Counted from the stretch's first letter, positions 1-9,932 are shown. The stretch: DNA of 46,390 nt from Bacteroidota bacterium (GCA_027620595.1 JAQCDI010000001.1:1-46390), one strand, 5' to 3'. Translations and numbers: made by a program. Notes: generated by a model not told the origin, from the letters alone.

Positions 1-1
1 A

Positions 2-1075
2 TTGCATGCGAGGGGCTGGCGGGGGGATGGGTTTTTCCTGGAAGGGGACAGTGCCTCCGTACCGCTCCCCGAGGGTATCCGGACGCATGCCCTGGCGCGA
101 CCACCGGGATCGGGCCCACCCTTTTTCCGGGCTCTCCACCGCCTCTTTGTGGCTGCACTGCATGGACGACGGTTCGACCTCGTGCATGCTTCGGACCTGT
201 ATGCCCTTCCGGCCTGTGCTCGTTGGGCCGACCGGATCAAAGTACCCTACACCTATGATGCGCGGGAATACTACCCCTACGTGGCTGGCACCATCCGGAA
301 ACCGTGGGCGCGGTGGTGGTGGGCCCGCCTGGAACGGAACCACATCCGGCGTGCGTCCGCGGTCTTCACCGTTTCGGATTCCATTGCCCGTGCCCTTGCC
401 CGCGACTACCGGATCGAAACTCCGGTTGTCGTGCACAATGCGCCGCCAGCCGAGCCACCGGACCTGGAAGGGTCAGGGACCACGCTTCGGGACCTCCTGC
501 CCAACCCGGACCGGCCGATCATCCTGCACTTGGGCCTCATGAAGGCCCACCGCGGCGGAGGCACGCTGGTCAAGGCCATGTCCAGAGTACCCGATGCCGA
601 TCTTGTTTTCCTGGGAAGCGGCCCCGAACGCGAGGCCTTGGAGCAATTGGCCCGCAAGAAGGGTCTGGAAGGCCGTGTCCACTTCATCGACCCGGTCCCT
701 CCCGACCGGATCCGTGACACCATCCGCAGCGCAGACATCGGCGTGACCCTGCTTGAGGACACCTGCCTCAATCACCGGTTCGCCCTGCCCAACAAGTTCT
801 TCGACTATATCCACGCGGGTCTGCCGGTACTGGCCTCGGATCTGGATGAGATGCGCCGCATCGTGGAACGATTCGGCCTCGGCGAAACCGCATCAGCCAA
901 GGATCCCGAAGCCGTTGGACGGCTCCTGCAGATCATGCTGGATCGTCGAGCCGTGGCGCCCTGGGCCGATGGATTGGCCCGGGCTGCCGAAACATTTACC
1001 TGGGAATCGGCATCTCAGCGGTTCCTCGACCGCCTCGACGCGGTCATGGCCTCCGACCCTGCCACTCCCCCGTGA
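2..1075 (+). CDS. glycosyltransferase, GT4/group-1 family (5' end probably lies outside the window)
   Basis: ORF open to the window edge. C-terminal Rossmann half shows the GT1/GT4 pattern (LVFLGSGPEREALEQLARKKGLEGRVHFIDPVP, ADIGVTLLED, LPNKFFDYIHAGLPVLASD, ETFTWES). Strong third-position GC bias. Confidence 0.75.
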   Translation: MHARGWRGDGFFLEGDSASVPLPEGIRTHALARPPGSGPPFFRALHRLFVAALHGRRFDLVHASDLYALPACARWADRIKVPYTYDAREYYPYVAGTIRKPWARWWWARLERNHIRRASAVFTVSDSIARALARDYRIETPVVVHNAPPAEPPDLEGSGTTLRDLLPNPDRPIILHLGLMKAHRGGGTLVKAMSRVPDADLVFLGSGPEREALEQLARKKGLEGRVHFIDPVPPDRIRDTIRSADIGVTLLEDTCLNHRFALPNKFFDYIHAGLPVLASDLDEMRRIVERFGLGETASAKDPEAVGRLLQIMLDRRAVAPWADGLARAAETFTWESASQRFLDRLDAVMASDPATPP

Positions 1076-1611
1076 CCCGGTTTCCCATGGCGCTCCGTTT
1101 TGCATCCTTTCTTGCCGTCCTGCTGCTCCTGACGCTGCCGGCCTCCGCCCAGAGTCCGACACAGGGCGGCAACGCTGCACTGGCCCCGATGCTTGAATGG
1201 CCCGCGTTTCCCGATGCGCTGGAATCTGCCAAGGAATCCAACCGGATCGTGTTGGTGGACGTGTGGTCCCGCAACTGTGGCTGGTGCCGCAAGCAGCAGA
1301 CGGAAGTGTATACCCAGCCGTATCTGCAGGCCTACCTGCTGGACACGTTCGAGTTGGGTCGGTTGGACATCGATCTGGATTCCGACACGCTTTCCTATCG
1401 GGGCTACACCCTCAGCTCCCAGATGCTTTCGGCGGGATTCGGCGCCACGGCCACCCCGACAACCATCTTCCTCGAGCCCGACGGCTCCTACATCACCCGG
1501 CTGGCAGGTTTCCACGCCTACGAGGACTTCTTCGGGGTCATCCGCTACATCGGATCCCATGCTTTCCGGGAAATGTCCTTTGAGGACTTCCTGCAGAAAG
1601 AAGGCGAGTGA
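1072..1611 (+). CDS. secreted thioredoxin-fold protein (CxxC thiol-disulfide oxidoreductase-like)
   Basis: Signal peptide MALRFASFLAVLLLLTLPASAQ. CxxC motif in VDVWSRNCGWCRK, followed by a thioredoxin-like beta-alpha pattern (TPTTIFLEPDG). GTGA overlap with the upstream gene; an alternative ATG lies at 1087. Confidence 0.7.
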   Translation: MTRFPMALRFASFLAVLLLLTLPASAQSPTQGGNAALAPMLEWPAFPDALESAKESNRIVLVDVWSRNCGWCRKQQTEVYTQPYLQAYLLDTFELGRLDIDLDSDTLSYRGYTLSSQMLSAGFGATATPTTIFLEPDGSYITRLAGFHAYEDFFGVIRYIGSHAFREMSFEDFLQKEGE

Positions 1612-1701
1612 GGGCATCCGTCTTTCCGTAGAGGAGGGACGCGGCATCAACGGGCTGCTGGTTGAGCCGGACAGATCAGTTGGCCGGAACAGCGGGGACG
1701 A

Positions 1702-2292
1702 TCAGTTGGCCGGATCGCCGGTACGCGGATCGCGACCGGGCCGATCGTCGGCAAACGGACCGCGGATACGATAGGTGGACTCCCGCTCCAGGAACATGTC
1801 GGTCTGACTGCCCGGAATCTTGTCCTCTGCGTCCGGCCGTTGCCCAACTTCCGGTTCAGAGGAGGCCAGTCCATCGCCCTCCGGGACATTGACCACGACC
1901 TGATCGGCCGATGGCGGCGCTACCGGTGCTGCGGATGTCGAGAGCTTCGGAGTCCGGGGCCCGGCGTCCGGGAGGACATTGGCCTGTGACGCATCCTTGA
2001 GACCACAGCGTGCCTGCAGTTCATACTTCCAGAGGGCAGCACTGCGGATGGTCATATCCACTTCGTCGCCGTCGCGCAGGACAATCACCAGTTCGTCGGC
2101 GGCCCAGCGGACCTCGACGATGTCCGCGAGCATGATGCGACGCTGGTACCCGATGCCACGGAGCATCATGCGGTCCGGCAACAACTTGGCACGGCCGAAC
2201 CATACCCGCCGATCGTTCAGATCGAAACGGGATTCGAGCACCTGCATTCGGTCCATTTCTCCGCTATCCATGCTGCTCCTCCATGATCGCAT
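1702..2292 (-). CDS. hypothetical protein (compact N-terminal domain, low-complexity Pro/Ala/Asp-rich C-terminus)
   Basis: 196-codon ORF with coding-type GC3 bias filling the gap between two supported genes. No family recognised. Start uncertain: in-frame ATGs at 2292, 2271, 2256 and 2247, the first two overlapping the upstream hydrolase gene. Confidence 0.45.
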   Translation of the reverse strand: MRSWRSSMDSGEMDRMQVLESRFDLNDRRVWFGRAKLLPDRMMLRGIGYQRRIMLADIVEVRWAADELVIVLRDGDEVDMTIRSAALWKYELQARCGLKDASQANVLPDAGPRTPKLSTSAAPVAPPSADQVVVNVPEGDGLASSEPEVGQRPDAEDKIPGSQTDMFLERESTYRIRGPFADDRPGRDPRTGDPAN

Positions 2293-3124
2293 TGGATGGC
2301 ATTGACACGGCGCCTCCGGAATACTGATCCGGGCGCCGGTGTCGCATTAACAGCGTTCGGGCCGCAGAAGATTCAACCCGCCCGAAATCAAGGTCGGCAT
2401 ACAGGATGGCTTCCTCGCCCTCGGGCGCCCGTGTCACCACGGACCCGTCCGGATCGGTCACGAACGAGGCGCCTGCAAAGGTCAGGTGCGATTCAGCACC
2501 CACGCGATTGGCCAGTGCCATCCAATATCCGTTCTGGAAAGAGGCCGTCTGCAATTCAGCTTCATAAACGCCCTCGGGCCATTCACCAACCGAACCGGCC
2601 TGGGGAATGACGACGAGCTGGGCTTCCTGAAGGGCCAGTGCCCGGAGGTATTCCGGGTAATGCCGGTCGTAGCAGATACAGACCCCGATGCGTCCGTAGC
2701 TCGTGTCGTAGACAGGAGCCCCGGTGTCCCCGGGATCATAGTAGTCCTGCTCGAAGAACCCGTCGTAATGGGTGATATGCATCATCCGGGTCGTGCCCAG
2801 GAGGCGCCCGTCGGCATCGATGACCGGCGACGAATCAAAGGCCCGGTCTCCCTCCCGCTCGTACAGATTGAGGATGATGACCACGGCGAGTTCGCGTGCC
2901 AGGGCCGCAAACGCTTCCGTCGTCGGACCCGGAATGGGCTCGGTGAAACGGAAACGGTCTCCGACAAGCCGCTCCTGCGGGAAAAACCGCTGGAAGGCCA
3001 CTTCAGCGAAAGCGATGATCTGTGCGCCCTCCGAAGCCGCCTGGCGCGCATGCGCCAGCCCACGCTGCAGATTCACTGCAGGATCGGGGCCGGCCACCTG
3101 CTGGATGAGAGCGATTCGGGGCAT
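2264..3124 (-). CDS. carbon-nitrogen hydrolase (nitrilase superfamily) protein, atypical (contains no lysine)
   Basis: IAFAEVAF (first Glu) and PGDTGAPVYDTSYGRIGVCICYDRHYPE (Cys and second Glu) match CN-hydrolase signatures. The position of the usual (Y/F)RK-x-H(I/L) motif reads TRMMHI. Confidence 0.8.
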   Translation of the reverse strand: MPRIALIQQVAGPDPAVNLQRGLAHARQAASEGAQIIAFAEVAFQRFFPQERLVGDRFRFTEPIPGPTTEAFAALARELAVVIILNLYEREGDRAFDSSPVIDADGRLLGTTRMMHITHYDGFFEQDYYDPGDTGAPVYDTSYGRIGVCICYDRHYPEYLRALALQEAQLVVIPQAGSVGEWPEGVYEAELQTASFQNGYWMALANRVGAESHLTFAGASFVTDPDGSVVTRAPEGEEAILYADLDFGRVESSAARTLLMRHRRPDQYSGGAVSMPSNAIMEEQHG

Positions 3125-3222
3125 GGAACGACGGGGGAAGGACCTGGGCGGGACGGGGACAGCGGATTACAACCCCCTGCCACGCACTTGGTTCAAAGAA
3201 TTGGGTGCGAACCCGTCCTGCG

Positions 3223-3891
3223 TCATTGCGAGGGCGTTGGGGAAGATACGGGACCGAAGGCGCCAGAGGCCAGCTGCACCACGAACAGCACGGCCACAAG
3301 GATTCCTGCCACTTTGATGGCTCCGCTGATTCCGGGGCTCTTTTCTTCTTCCTGAGGCTGTGAACCGGTAAGCAGGCGCGCATATGTGGAATCGCTGACC
3401 TGATGGACGAATTCGGCGTCCACGCCGCGCGCCATACGGGCGGTAAGCTGCTCCAGCCAATAGAGGCCGACGAGGTCGTCCGTGGTCCGAGGCGCACCTG
3501 CGATGCGCTGGAAGGTCCCCTTGACCTGGACGTATTTGGTTTCGGTGCCCCGTTCCGCGTTTACCGCCACCCGCAGCAGGATGTTGCTGAAATCCGCTAC
3601 CGGTGGCAGGCTGTCGGCCAGTGCCGTCTGCACACGGGAAAGGGGAATGAAGTCGGACTGCACCAGACCGATGCGATCATTGGCCAGCGTGATGGCAAAA
3701 TTGGCCGAAATGAGCGCTGATGTGGCCTGGTCCACGATGTCCACCCGATCGGCCATACTCGTGAACGCCACCGTCTCGACATGATCCGTCACCGCCGGCG
3801 TTGCCGTCCGGCGTGGTGTGGCGCAGCCGGCCACCAAGAGGGACCAGGCAGCCACCAGACACGTGGCGGTCAGGATGCGAGGGGTGAACAC
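3223..3891 (-). CDS. hypothetical lipoprotein with C-terminal hydrophobic anchor
   Basis: Lipobox LLVAGC after a hydrophobic h-region. C-terminal segment AIKVAGILVAVLFVVQLASGAF. Start placed at GTG 3891 (VFTPRILTATCLVAAWSLLVAGC); the ORF stays open up to ATG 3981. Confidence 0.5.
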   Translation of the reverse strand: MFTPRILTATCLVAAWSLLVAGCATPRRTATPAVTDHVETVAFTSMADRVDIVDQATSALISANFAITLANDRIGLVQSDFIPLSRVQTALADSLPPVADFSNILLRVAVNAERGTETKYVQVKGTFQRIAGAPRTTDDLVGLYWLEQLTARMARGVDAEFVHQVSDSTYARLLTGSQPQEEEKSPGISGAIKVAGILVAVLFVVQLASGAFGPVSSPTPSQ

Positions 3892-4098
3892 GGGATCGGT
3901 TCGGAAATGTGGTCGGGACGTCCGGCGGGAGGACTCGGAAACACACTGTTCAGCGGATTTCCGGGGATTTCCTCCCATCAAGTGATCGGCCCCCTCCCGA
4001 TGCGCTTAAACGTATCCAGGGGGTGCGTTGCAACGACCATACGCGGCCCGAAGGTCCGGGGGTCGCACGATTCCCACGACGAACGAACGGATGGCGTC

Positions 4099-4968
4099 TC
4101 AAGGGCCACGTCGAGCGCACACCATGCGGTCCCTTCCTGCCAGATCCTGATGCAGCCGCACCCCTTCCCAGCCGCTCTCCTGCAGCAACGCCACGACCTC
4201 CGCTCCCCGGTCGGCGTGGATCTCCAGGCAGATCCAGCCGCCGTCGACCAGCAGGTCGACGGCGGCGTGGGCCAGGTGTCGGTAGAAGCGCAACGCGTCG
4301 CCTTCGGCAAACAGGGCGCGGTGCGGTTCATGTTCCACCACTTCCGGTTGCAGCGAGGACTGCTCCTCACGGCCGATGTAAGGTGGATTTGAAACGACGA
4401 CCGAAAACGGTCCTGCCAAGCGATCGGCCAATCCGCCGTCAAGCATATCGGCTTCAACAAACCGGATGTCCGCCCCGAGCCGGGCGGCATTCTCCCGTGC
4501 CACGGCCAACGCCTTCCCGTCCACATCAACCGCCGTGCATGCAACGTCCGGACGTGCCAGCCGCACGGACACGGGGATGCAGCCTGAGCCCGTGCCCAGG
4601 TCAAGCACGCCATGATCCAACGATTCCCGGCCCAGAATCCACTCCACCAGGAGCTCCGTTTCCGGCCGCGGGATGAGGACGTCGGGCGTGACCAGGAACA
4701 CATGGCCAAAGAAGCCGGCCTCCCCGGTCAGGTACTGCAGCGGCTCGCGCGTCAGCCTGCGCTGCAACAAGGACTCCAGACGCTCACAAACCTCTGCCTC
4801 CACACCGGCATCGGGGTGCGTCATGAGGTCCAGCCGGGAGCGCCCGGTCACATGCTCTATCAGCCATTCTGCCTCGCGGCGCGCCGGTTCGATGCCCGCC
4901 GCCCGGAGGCGGTCGGCTGCGGCGTCAAGTACCGCGCGGGTCGTTGTCTGGGGCTTTCGTTCCATCAT
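4099..4968 (-). CDS. prmC: peptide chain release factor N5-glutamine methyltransferase
   Basis: NPPY motif (VVSNPPYI), SAM-binding VLDLGTGSGCI, and an N-terminal HemK helical domain (EAEWLIEHVTG). Start chosen at ATG 4968 (MMERKP); the ORF extends to 5019. Confidence 0.85.
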   Translation of the reverse strand: MMERKPQTTTRAVLDAAADRLRAAGIEPARREAEWLIEHVTGRSRLDLMTHPDAGVEAEVCERLESLLQRRLTREPLQYLTGEAGFFGHVFLVTPDVLIPRPETELLVEWILGRESLDHGVLDLGTGSGCIPVSVRLARPDVACTAVDVDGKALAVARENAARLGADIRFVEADMLDGGLADRLAGPFSVVVSNPPYIGREEQSSLQPEVVEHEPHRALFAEGDALRFYRHLAHAAVDLLVDGGWICLEIHADRGAEVVALLQESGWEGVRLHQDLAGRDRMVCARRGP

Positions 4969-5192
4969 CGGAGGAAGGGCCGACCCTCCGGGCGGCGCAG
5001 GACGGATGTACTTGTGCACGGATGCGTCGTATATTGGCTCTTTCTACCCGCAGCGCATCGCTCCGATCCTCCCGACTGACGCACACCTTGGTCGGGTATT
5101 TTTTGCGGCAGCCATGTAAGCGGTTACATCTTGATGGGATACCCGCTGCCTCCGGCCGTGCCCATCCTTCCACACCCTGACTTCCTTTCTTC

Positions 5193-7244
5193 ATGACGCC
5201 CCACGATCAACTCCTGGAACTGAGCCGCAACCTCTGGTGGAGCTGGAATCCGGATGCCCTGACGCTGTTCACGCGGCTCAACCGGAACGCCTTCGAGGCC
5301 TCGCTCAACAACCCCATCGTGGCGCTCAAGTTTGCCAAGCAGGACACCCTCGAGGACCCGTACGTCATCGAGCAGATCGACTCGGTCTACCGCAAATTCC
5401 GTCGCTACATGGAAGAGCCCGGAGGCGAGGAAGATGGCCCGCGCGTCTCCTACTTCTGCATGGAGTACGGGCTGCATGAGAGCATGCCCCTCTATTCCGG
5501 CGGCCTTGGTATCCTGGCTGGGGATCACGTCAAGGCCGCGTCCGATGTCGGCCTTCCCTTCACCGCGGTCGGTCTGTTCATCCGGGAAGGGTATTTCCGT
5601 CAGTATTTCGATGCCGACGGGGTTCAGCACGACGATTACCCTGCCATCGACGTGACCAACCATCCGGTGGAGCTGGTTACCGATTCGGAAGGCAAAGCCG
5701 TCGTGGTCACTGTCCACTCGGGCGAGGAACCCATCCGTATCCGCGCCTTCCGCATGCTGGTGGGCAAGTCGACGCTCTACCTGCTCGACACCGATTTCGC
5801 CGAGAACCCCTACTGGATCCGCTTCCTCACGCGCCGCCTCTATCAGGGGGACCGGGTGACCCGCCTGCAGCAGGAAGTCATCCTGGGCATCGGCGGCGTC
5901 CGGATGCTGCGCGCGCTCGGGATCGAGACGGACGTCTGGCACATGAACGAGGGGCATTGCGCCTTCCTTTCCCTTGAATTGCTGCGCGAATCCCTCCATG
6001 CGGGTCGGTCCTTCGACGACGCTTGCGCCCATGTCCGCTCCCGGTGTGTCTTTACGACCCATACGCCGGTTCCCGCCGGACACGACCGGTTCAATCCGGG
6101 CAACTTCAACTGGATCATGAAAACGTTCCGCGGGGAACTGGGTCTCGACGAGCACACCCTGCTCGGAATGGGTCGCGTGGATGTCAACGATCCCGGCGAG
6201 GAGTTCACCATGACCGTGCTCGGCCTCAAGCTCTCGCGCGCCGCCAACGGCGTCTCTAAGCTCAACGGAGAAGTGGCCCGGCGCCAGTGGCACCACCTCT
6301 ACTCGGATCGCCCGGTCGAGGACGTACCCATCGGCCACATCACGAACGGCATCCACCTGCCGACCTGGGCCTCCCCGGCCTCCCGTACCTTCCTCCGGAC
6401 GAACCTCGGGTCCTGGACCAATGACCGCGAGAAGCAGACCACGTGGGATCGCATAGACGATGTCCCCGACCAGGCCATCTGGGAATACCGGCGCAAGCTG
6501 CGCAAGAACCTGATCGACTTCGTCAACCGCAAGATTGCCCAGCAGACCCTGCCGCAGACGAGCCTGCTCAACCCCAGGGCCCTGACCATCGGGTTCGCCC
6601 GGCGGTTCGCCACCTACAAACGGGCCCCGCTCCTGTTCAACGATATCGAGCGCGTAGCCAACCTGTTCTCCAAGTACGAGCGCAGCATCCAGGTGATCTA
6701 TGCCGGCAAGGCCCACCCGGCCGACGAGGGAGGAAAGGAGTTCATCCGGACCATCTACGAGCTGTCCAAGCGCTCGGAATTCAAGGGTCGGTTGATCTTC
6801 CTGGAGAACTACAACATGGAGATCGGTCGCATGTTGGTTTCTGGCTGCGACGTATGGCTGAACAACCCGCGTCGCCCTTACGAAGCCTCCGGTACGAGTG
6901 GTCAGAAGATTGCCCTGCATGGCGGGCTCAATCTCTCCATCCTGGACGGCTGGTGGCCCGAGGGTTACGACGGCACCAACGGATGGGCCATCGGCGAGGA
7001 CGCCTCCCACGAGATCAAGGATCCGCACATCCAGGATACCGAGGATGCGGAATTCCTCTATCAGGTGCTGGAAAACGACGTAATGCCGCTCTTCAACAAG
7101 CGAGGGCCTGATGGCCTCCCGTCCGAGTGGATCCAGATGATCCGCTCATCCATCCGGAGCCTGACATACCGCTTCAGCGCGCACCGCATGATCCTGGACT
7201 ACGCGCACCAGATGTACCGGGAGCCGGTCGAGGAAACCGTCTGA
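5193..7244 (+). CDS. glgP: alpha-glucan (glycogen/maltodextrin) phosphorylase, GT35
   Basis: N-terminal LWWSWNPDALTLF signature of the alpha-glucan phosphorylase subfamily, GGLGILAGDHVKAASDVGLP, and PLP-lysine region EASGTSGQKIALHGGLNLSILDGWW. Confidence 0.9.
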   Translation: MTPHDQLLELSRNLWWSWNPDALTLFTRLNRNAFEASLNNPIVALKFAKQDTLEDPYVIEQIDSVYRKFRRYMEEPGGEEDGPRVSYFCMEYGLHESMPLYSGGLGILAGDHVKAASDVGLPFTAVGLFIREGYFRQYFDADGVQHDDYPAIDVTNHPVELVTDSEGKAVVVTVHSGEEPIRIRAFRMLVGKSTLYLLDTDFAENPYWIRFLTRRLYQGDRVTRLQQEVILGIGGVRMLRALGIETDVWHMNEGHCAFLSLELLRESLHAGRSFDDACAHVRSRCVFTTHTPVPAGHDRFNPGNFNWIMKTFRGELGLDEHTLLGMGRVDVNDPGEEFTMTVLGLKLSRAANGVSKLNGEVARRQWHHLYSDRPVEDVPIGHITNGIHLPTWASPASRTFLRTNLGSWTNDREKQTTWDRIDDVPDQAIWEYRRKLRKNLIDFVNRKIAQQTLPQTSLLNPRALTIGFARRFATYKRAPLLFNDIERVANLFSKYERSIQVIYAGKAHPADEGGKEFIRTIYELSKRSEFKGRLIFLENYNMEIGRMLVSGCDVWLNNPRRPYEASGTSGQKIALHGGLNLSILDGWWPEGYDGTNGWAIGEDASHEIKDPHIQDTEDAEFLYQVLENDVMPLFNKRGPDGLPSEWIQMIRSSIRSLTYRFSAHRMILDYAHQMYREPVEETV

Positions 7245-7263
7245 CCCGCAGCGCCCGAACGTG

Positions 7264-8127
7264 TCAGTCCGCCAGGCCCACCTGACGGGTCCAGGTGCGG
7301 AAGGCATCCTCGAGCTGCTCGAAACTCTCGAGGGCAAAGAGGATGGGCTGCAGGTGCCAGACCTCGTAATCCTGGTTGATGACGGCCTCCATGGAGAACG
7401 GCCGGACCTCGACGTCCTGGGAGAGCGCATGCGTCACCTCGTTCTTGGACGAGATGATGCCGGCGCCAAAAATGCGCAGCCCGTTGTCCTGACGAACGAG
7501 TCCGAATTCGATGGTGAACCAGTGCAGCCGCTCGAGCCAGGTGCGCTGGATACCGGTGGCCCGCAGCGCGGTCTGACCGAACAGATGGTAGAAGTCAGCT
7601 ACGGCCGGTTCGGTCAGCATGGGCATGTGACCGAACATGTCGTGGAAACAGTCCGGAGCTGGGGTATAGTCGAGTTCGTGCTTTTCCCGGATGTAGTCCG
7701 TGGAGGGAAACACCCGCTCAGACAGCAATCCGAAAAAGTCCTTCTCGTGCAGCAGCCCCGGGATGCGGGCAATGCGCCAACCAGTGGCCGCTTCCATGCG
7801 CGCACTCAGGTCCTTGAGGGCGGGAATACCGGAGTCGTCCATGCCCAGGATTCGGACCCCTTCCATGTAGGAAGCTCCTGCCCGGCCGGGCAGGAGCGCC
7901 ATCTGCCGGTTGAACAGATAGGACCAATTGGCCTGGTGTTCAGCCGTGTAAACCGGCGCCACGATCTCGTCCCCCACGGGCGGTTTCCCTTCGAGGTACT
8001 GCGGAATGCAACGGGGGTCGACCCCTTGTTCGGCTGTCCGTTCGTAGGCGGAAACGGGGGCATCCTGGGCGGATGCGGCTTCGGATGGAGACGCGTCGTG
8101 CAGCATCGGGTCCTTCATGTCGGACAA
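7264..8127 (-). CDS. phhA: phenylalanine 4-hydroxylase (bacterial short aromatic amino acid hydroxylase)
   Basis: Iron-ligand motifs PDCFHDMFGHMPML and FTIEFGLV. Start is either TTG at 8127 or ATG at 8118. Confidence 0.85.
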   Translation of the reverse strand: MSDMKDPMLHDASPSEAASAQDAPVSAYERTAEQGVDPRCIPQYLEGKPPVGDEIVAPVYTAEHQANWSYLFNRQMALLPGRAGASYMEGVRILGMDDSGIPALKDLSARMEAATGWRIARIPGLLHEKDFFGLLSERVFPSTDYIREKHELDYTPAPDCFHDMFGHMPMLTEPAVADFYHLFGQTALRATGIQRTWLERLHWFTIEFGLVRQDNGLRIFGAGIISSKNEVTHALSQDVEVRPFSMEAVINQDYEVWHLQPILFALESFEQLEDAFRTWTRQVGLAD

Positions 8128-8259
8128 TGGACAGGTGATGGGGAAGGGCAGACCGCCGGGGCGGACGCCGACCGGGCGGATGTCGATCGGCCAATCCGGT
8201 TAACAGTGTTATCCGGGCATCCCTTCCTACGCGCAGTCACGATCCGAGGTTCGTTCCGC

Positions 8260-8496
8260 TCAGTCTTCGTTTCCGGGATCGTCGTGCAGCATACGCTGCC
8301 GGGCCCACCAGGCCACCGCCAGGAACCCCCCACCCGCGGAGATGCCCGCCAGGACTGCCTGCTCGCCGAGTTCAAAGACACCTTCCATGACCAAGGCCAC
8401 CAGCCCGAACACCAATGAGAAGGCGCCGCCGAACAGCAAGGCCATCAGGATGATGAGGGGAGGGGATCCGAGGATGTGTTCGTCGAGCTCTCGCAT
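8260..8496 (-). CDS. small two-TM membrane protein, hypothetical
   Basis: 78 codons with two hydrophobic helices (LIILMALLFGGAFSLVFGLVALV and AVLAGISAGGGFLAVAWW). It starts 5 nt after the stop of the upstream antiporter gene. No family recognised. Confidence 0.35.
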   Translation of the reverse strand: MRELDEHILGSPPLIILMALLFGGAFSLVFGLVALVMEGVFELGEQAVLAGISAGGGFLAVAWWARQRMLHDDPGNED

Positions 8497-8501
8497 GACC
8501 C

Positions 8502-9932
8502 CTACATCACCAACCCGGCAATCAGGAATGCCACGACCGACAATCCGGCCAACAACAGGGCGTAAGGAAGCTGCGTGTTGATGTGGTCCACGTGGTCAGA
8601 AGCTGCCGACATGGAAGCAATCAAGGACGTGTCAGAGAGCGGCGAGGCATGATCCCCGAAAACCCCTCCAGCGAGGACGGCCCCCAGCATCAGCGGCATG
8701 GAAATACCAAGACCTTCCGCCAGGGGCAGCGCAATCGGCATGAGGATGGCAAAGCCGGTCCACGATGACCCCAAGGTGAAGGAGACAAATGCGCCGACCA
8801 GGAAGATCACCGAAGGCAGCCACCAGGTAGGCCAACCGGTACCGACTATACCTATGATATAGGGACCCATCTCCAGCGCCTGCGAGACTTCGCCGAGTGC
8901 AAATGCCAACGCAACCAAGGTCACCATGCCCACCATGCCACCCGACCCCTTGAGGATCAGAGCCATGGACTCCGTGGTCTTCATGAGCCGTTTTCCGTCC
9001 TTTCCCGAACCGGGCAGGGCATAGAGAATCATGGCGGAGCCCAGGGCGGCCACGACGGCCCAAAGCACCGAAGTGGATCCGCTTCCGCGCATGATCACGC
9101 CGTTGCCCGTAACGTACAGCCCGACGAAAATCATGACGACCATCACGGCGATCGGGATCATCAAGTGGCGCGCCTTCTCCGCCGAATGCGCCAGCGGCGG
9201 CAGCTCGACGATCTCTTCGGCCACCAGCGGGGTGGCGCCCTCGCGCAACAGGGCACCCGTCTGCTCGGCCCTCAATTCGGCCCGTTTCATGGGGCCGAAG
9301 CGCCATCCGGTCAACGCCAGCACCAGGCCCATGAGGATGGCAAAAATGGCATAGAAGTTCAGGGCGAGCGACGAAGCCAGCAGGCTGACGCCTCCTTCCG
9401 TGATCCCTTGCGCGGCGAGGAGTCCCAGCACGAAGGCACCCCATCCGTTGAGCGGGATCGACATGCAGACCGGCGCGCTGGTCACGTCGCAATAGAAGGC
9501 CAGCTTTTCCCTGGGAATGCGCAGCTGGTCAAAAAGGGGACGGCTTACGGCTCCCGTGATCAAGCAGGTAATGCTGGATTCGACAAAAATGACCATGCCG
9601 GTCATCCACGCCAGGAGTTCAGCACCGCGGCGGGTCTGCCCCCACCCCCTCCTCGAGGCCCAGTATATGAATCCATTGACGCCCCCGGAAGCCTGTACCA
9701 GGGCGATCAACCCGCCGACCAGCATGCTGAAGATCAGGATACTCGTATTGCTCCGACTGGAGAAGACGGAGACCAATTGGTCAATGAGCTCCCGCAGTCC
9801 CAGGATCGGATTGCCGCCCATGAGGATGGTCGTGCCCAACCACAATCCGGCCAACAATGACAAGTAGACTTCTTTGGTCCACAGCGCCAGGACAATGGCC
9901 AGGATCGGGGGCAGCAGGACAATCCATTCCAT
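8502..9932 (-). CDS. Na+/H+ antiporter NhaC-family membrane transporter
   Basis: 476-aa polytopic membrane protein. The N-terminus (LLPPILAIVLALWTKEVYLSLLAGLWLG) and internal ITCLITGAVSRPLFD / SPLSDTSL segments resemble NhaC-type antiporters. Family call is from memory of the fold pattern, not from a search. Confidence 0.7.
   Translation of the reverse strand: MEWIVLLPPILAIVLALWTKEVYLSLLAGLWLGTTILMGGNPILGLRELIDQLVSVFSSRSNTSILIFSMLVGGLIALVQASGGVNGFIYWASRRGWGQTRRGAELLAWMTGMVIFVESSITCLITGAVSRPLFDQLRIPREKLAFYCDVTSAPVCMSIPLNGWGAFVLGLLAAQGITEGGVSLLASSLALNFYAIFAILMGLVLALTGWRFGPMKRAELRAEQTGALLREGATPLVAEEIVELPPLAHSAEKARHLMIPIAVMVVMIFVGLYVTGNGVIMRGSGSTSVLWAVVAALGSAMILYALPGSGKDGKRLMKTTESMALILKGSGGMVGMVTLVALAFALGEVSQALEMGPYIIGIVGTGWPTWWLPSVIFLVGAFVSFTLGSSWTGFAILMPIALPLAEGLGISMPLMLGAVLAGGVFGDHASPLSDTSLIASMSAASDHVDHINTQLPYALLLAGLSVVAFLIAGLVM

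Noticed and set aside
1674-1714. 15-nt direct repeat gatcagttggccgga (1674..1688 and 1700..1714) at the 3' end of the hypothetical gene
   Set aside because: There are only two short copies, one covering the stop codon. It most likely reflects a small local duplication. It has no flanking inverted repeats and no array-like structure.
5124-7028. 634-aa minus-strand ORF
   Set aside because: Antisense to glgP, whose product has unmistakable phosphorylase motifs. No motifs of its own. GC-driven shadow ORF.
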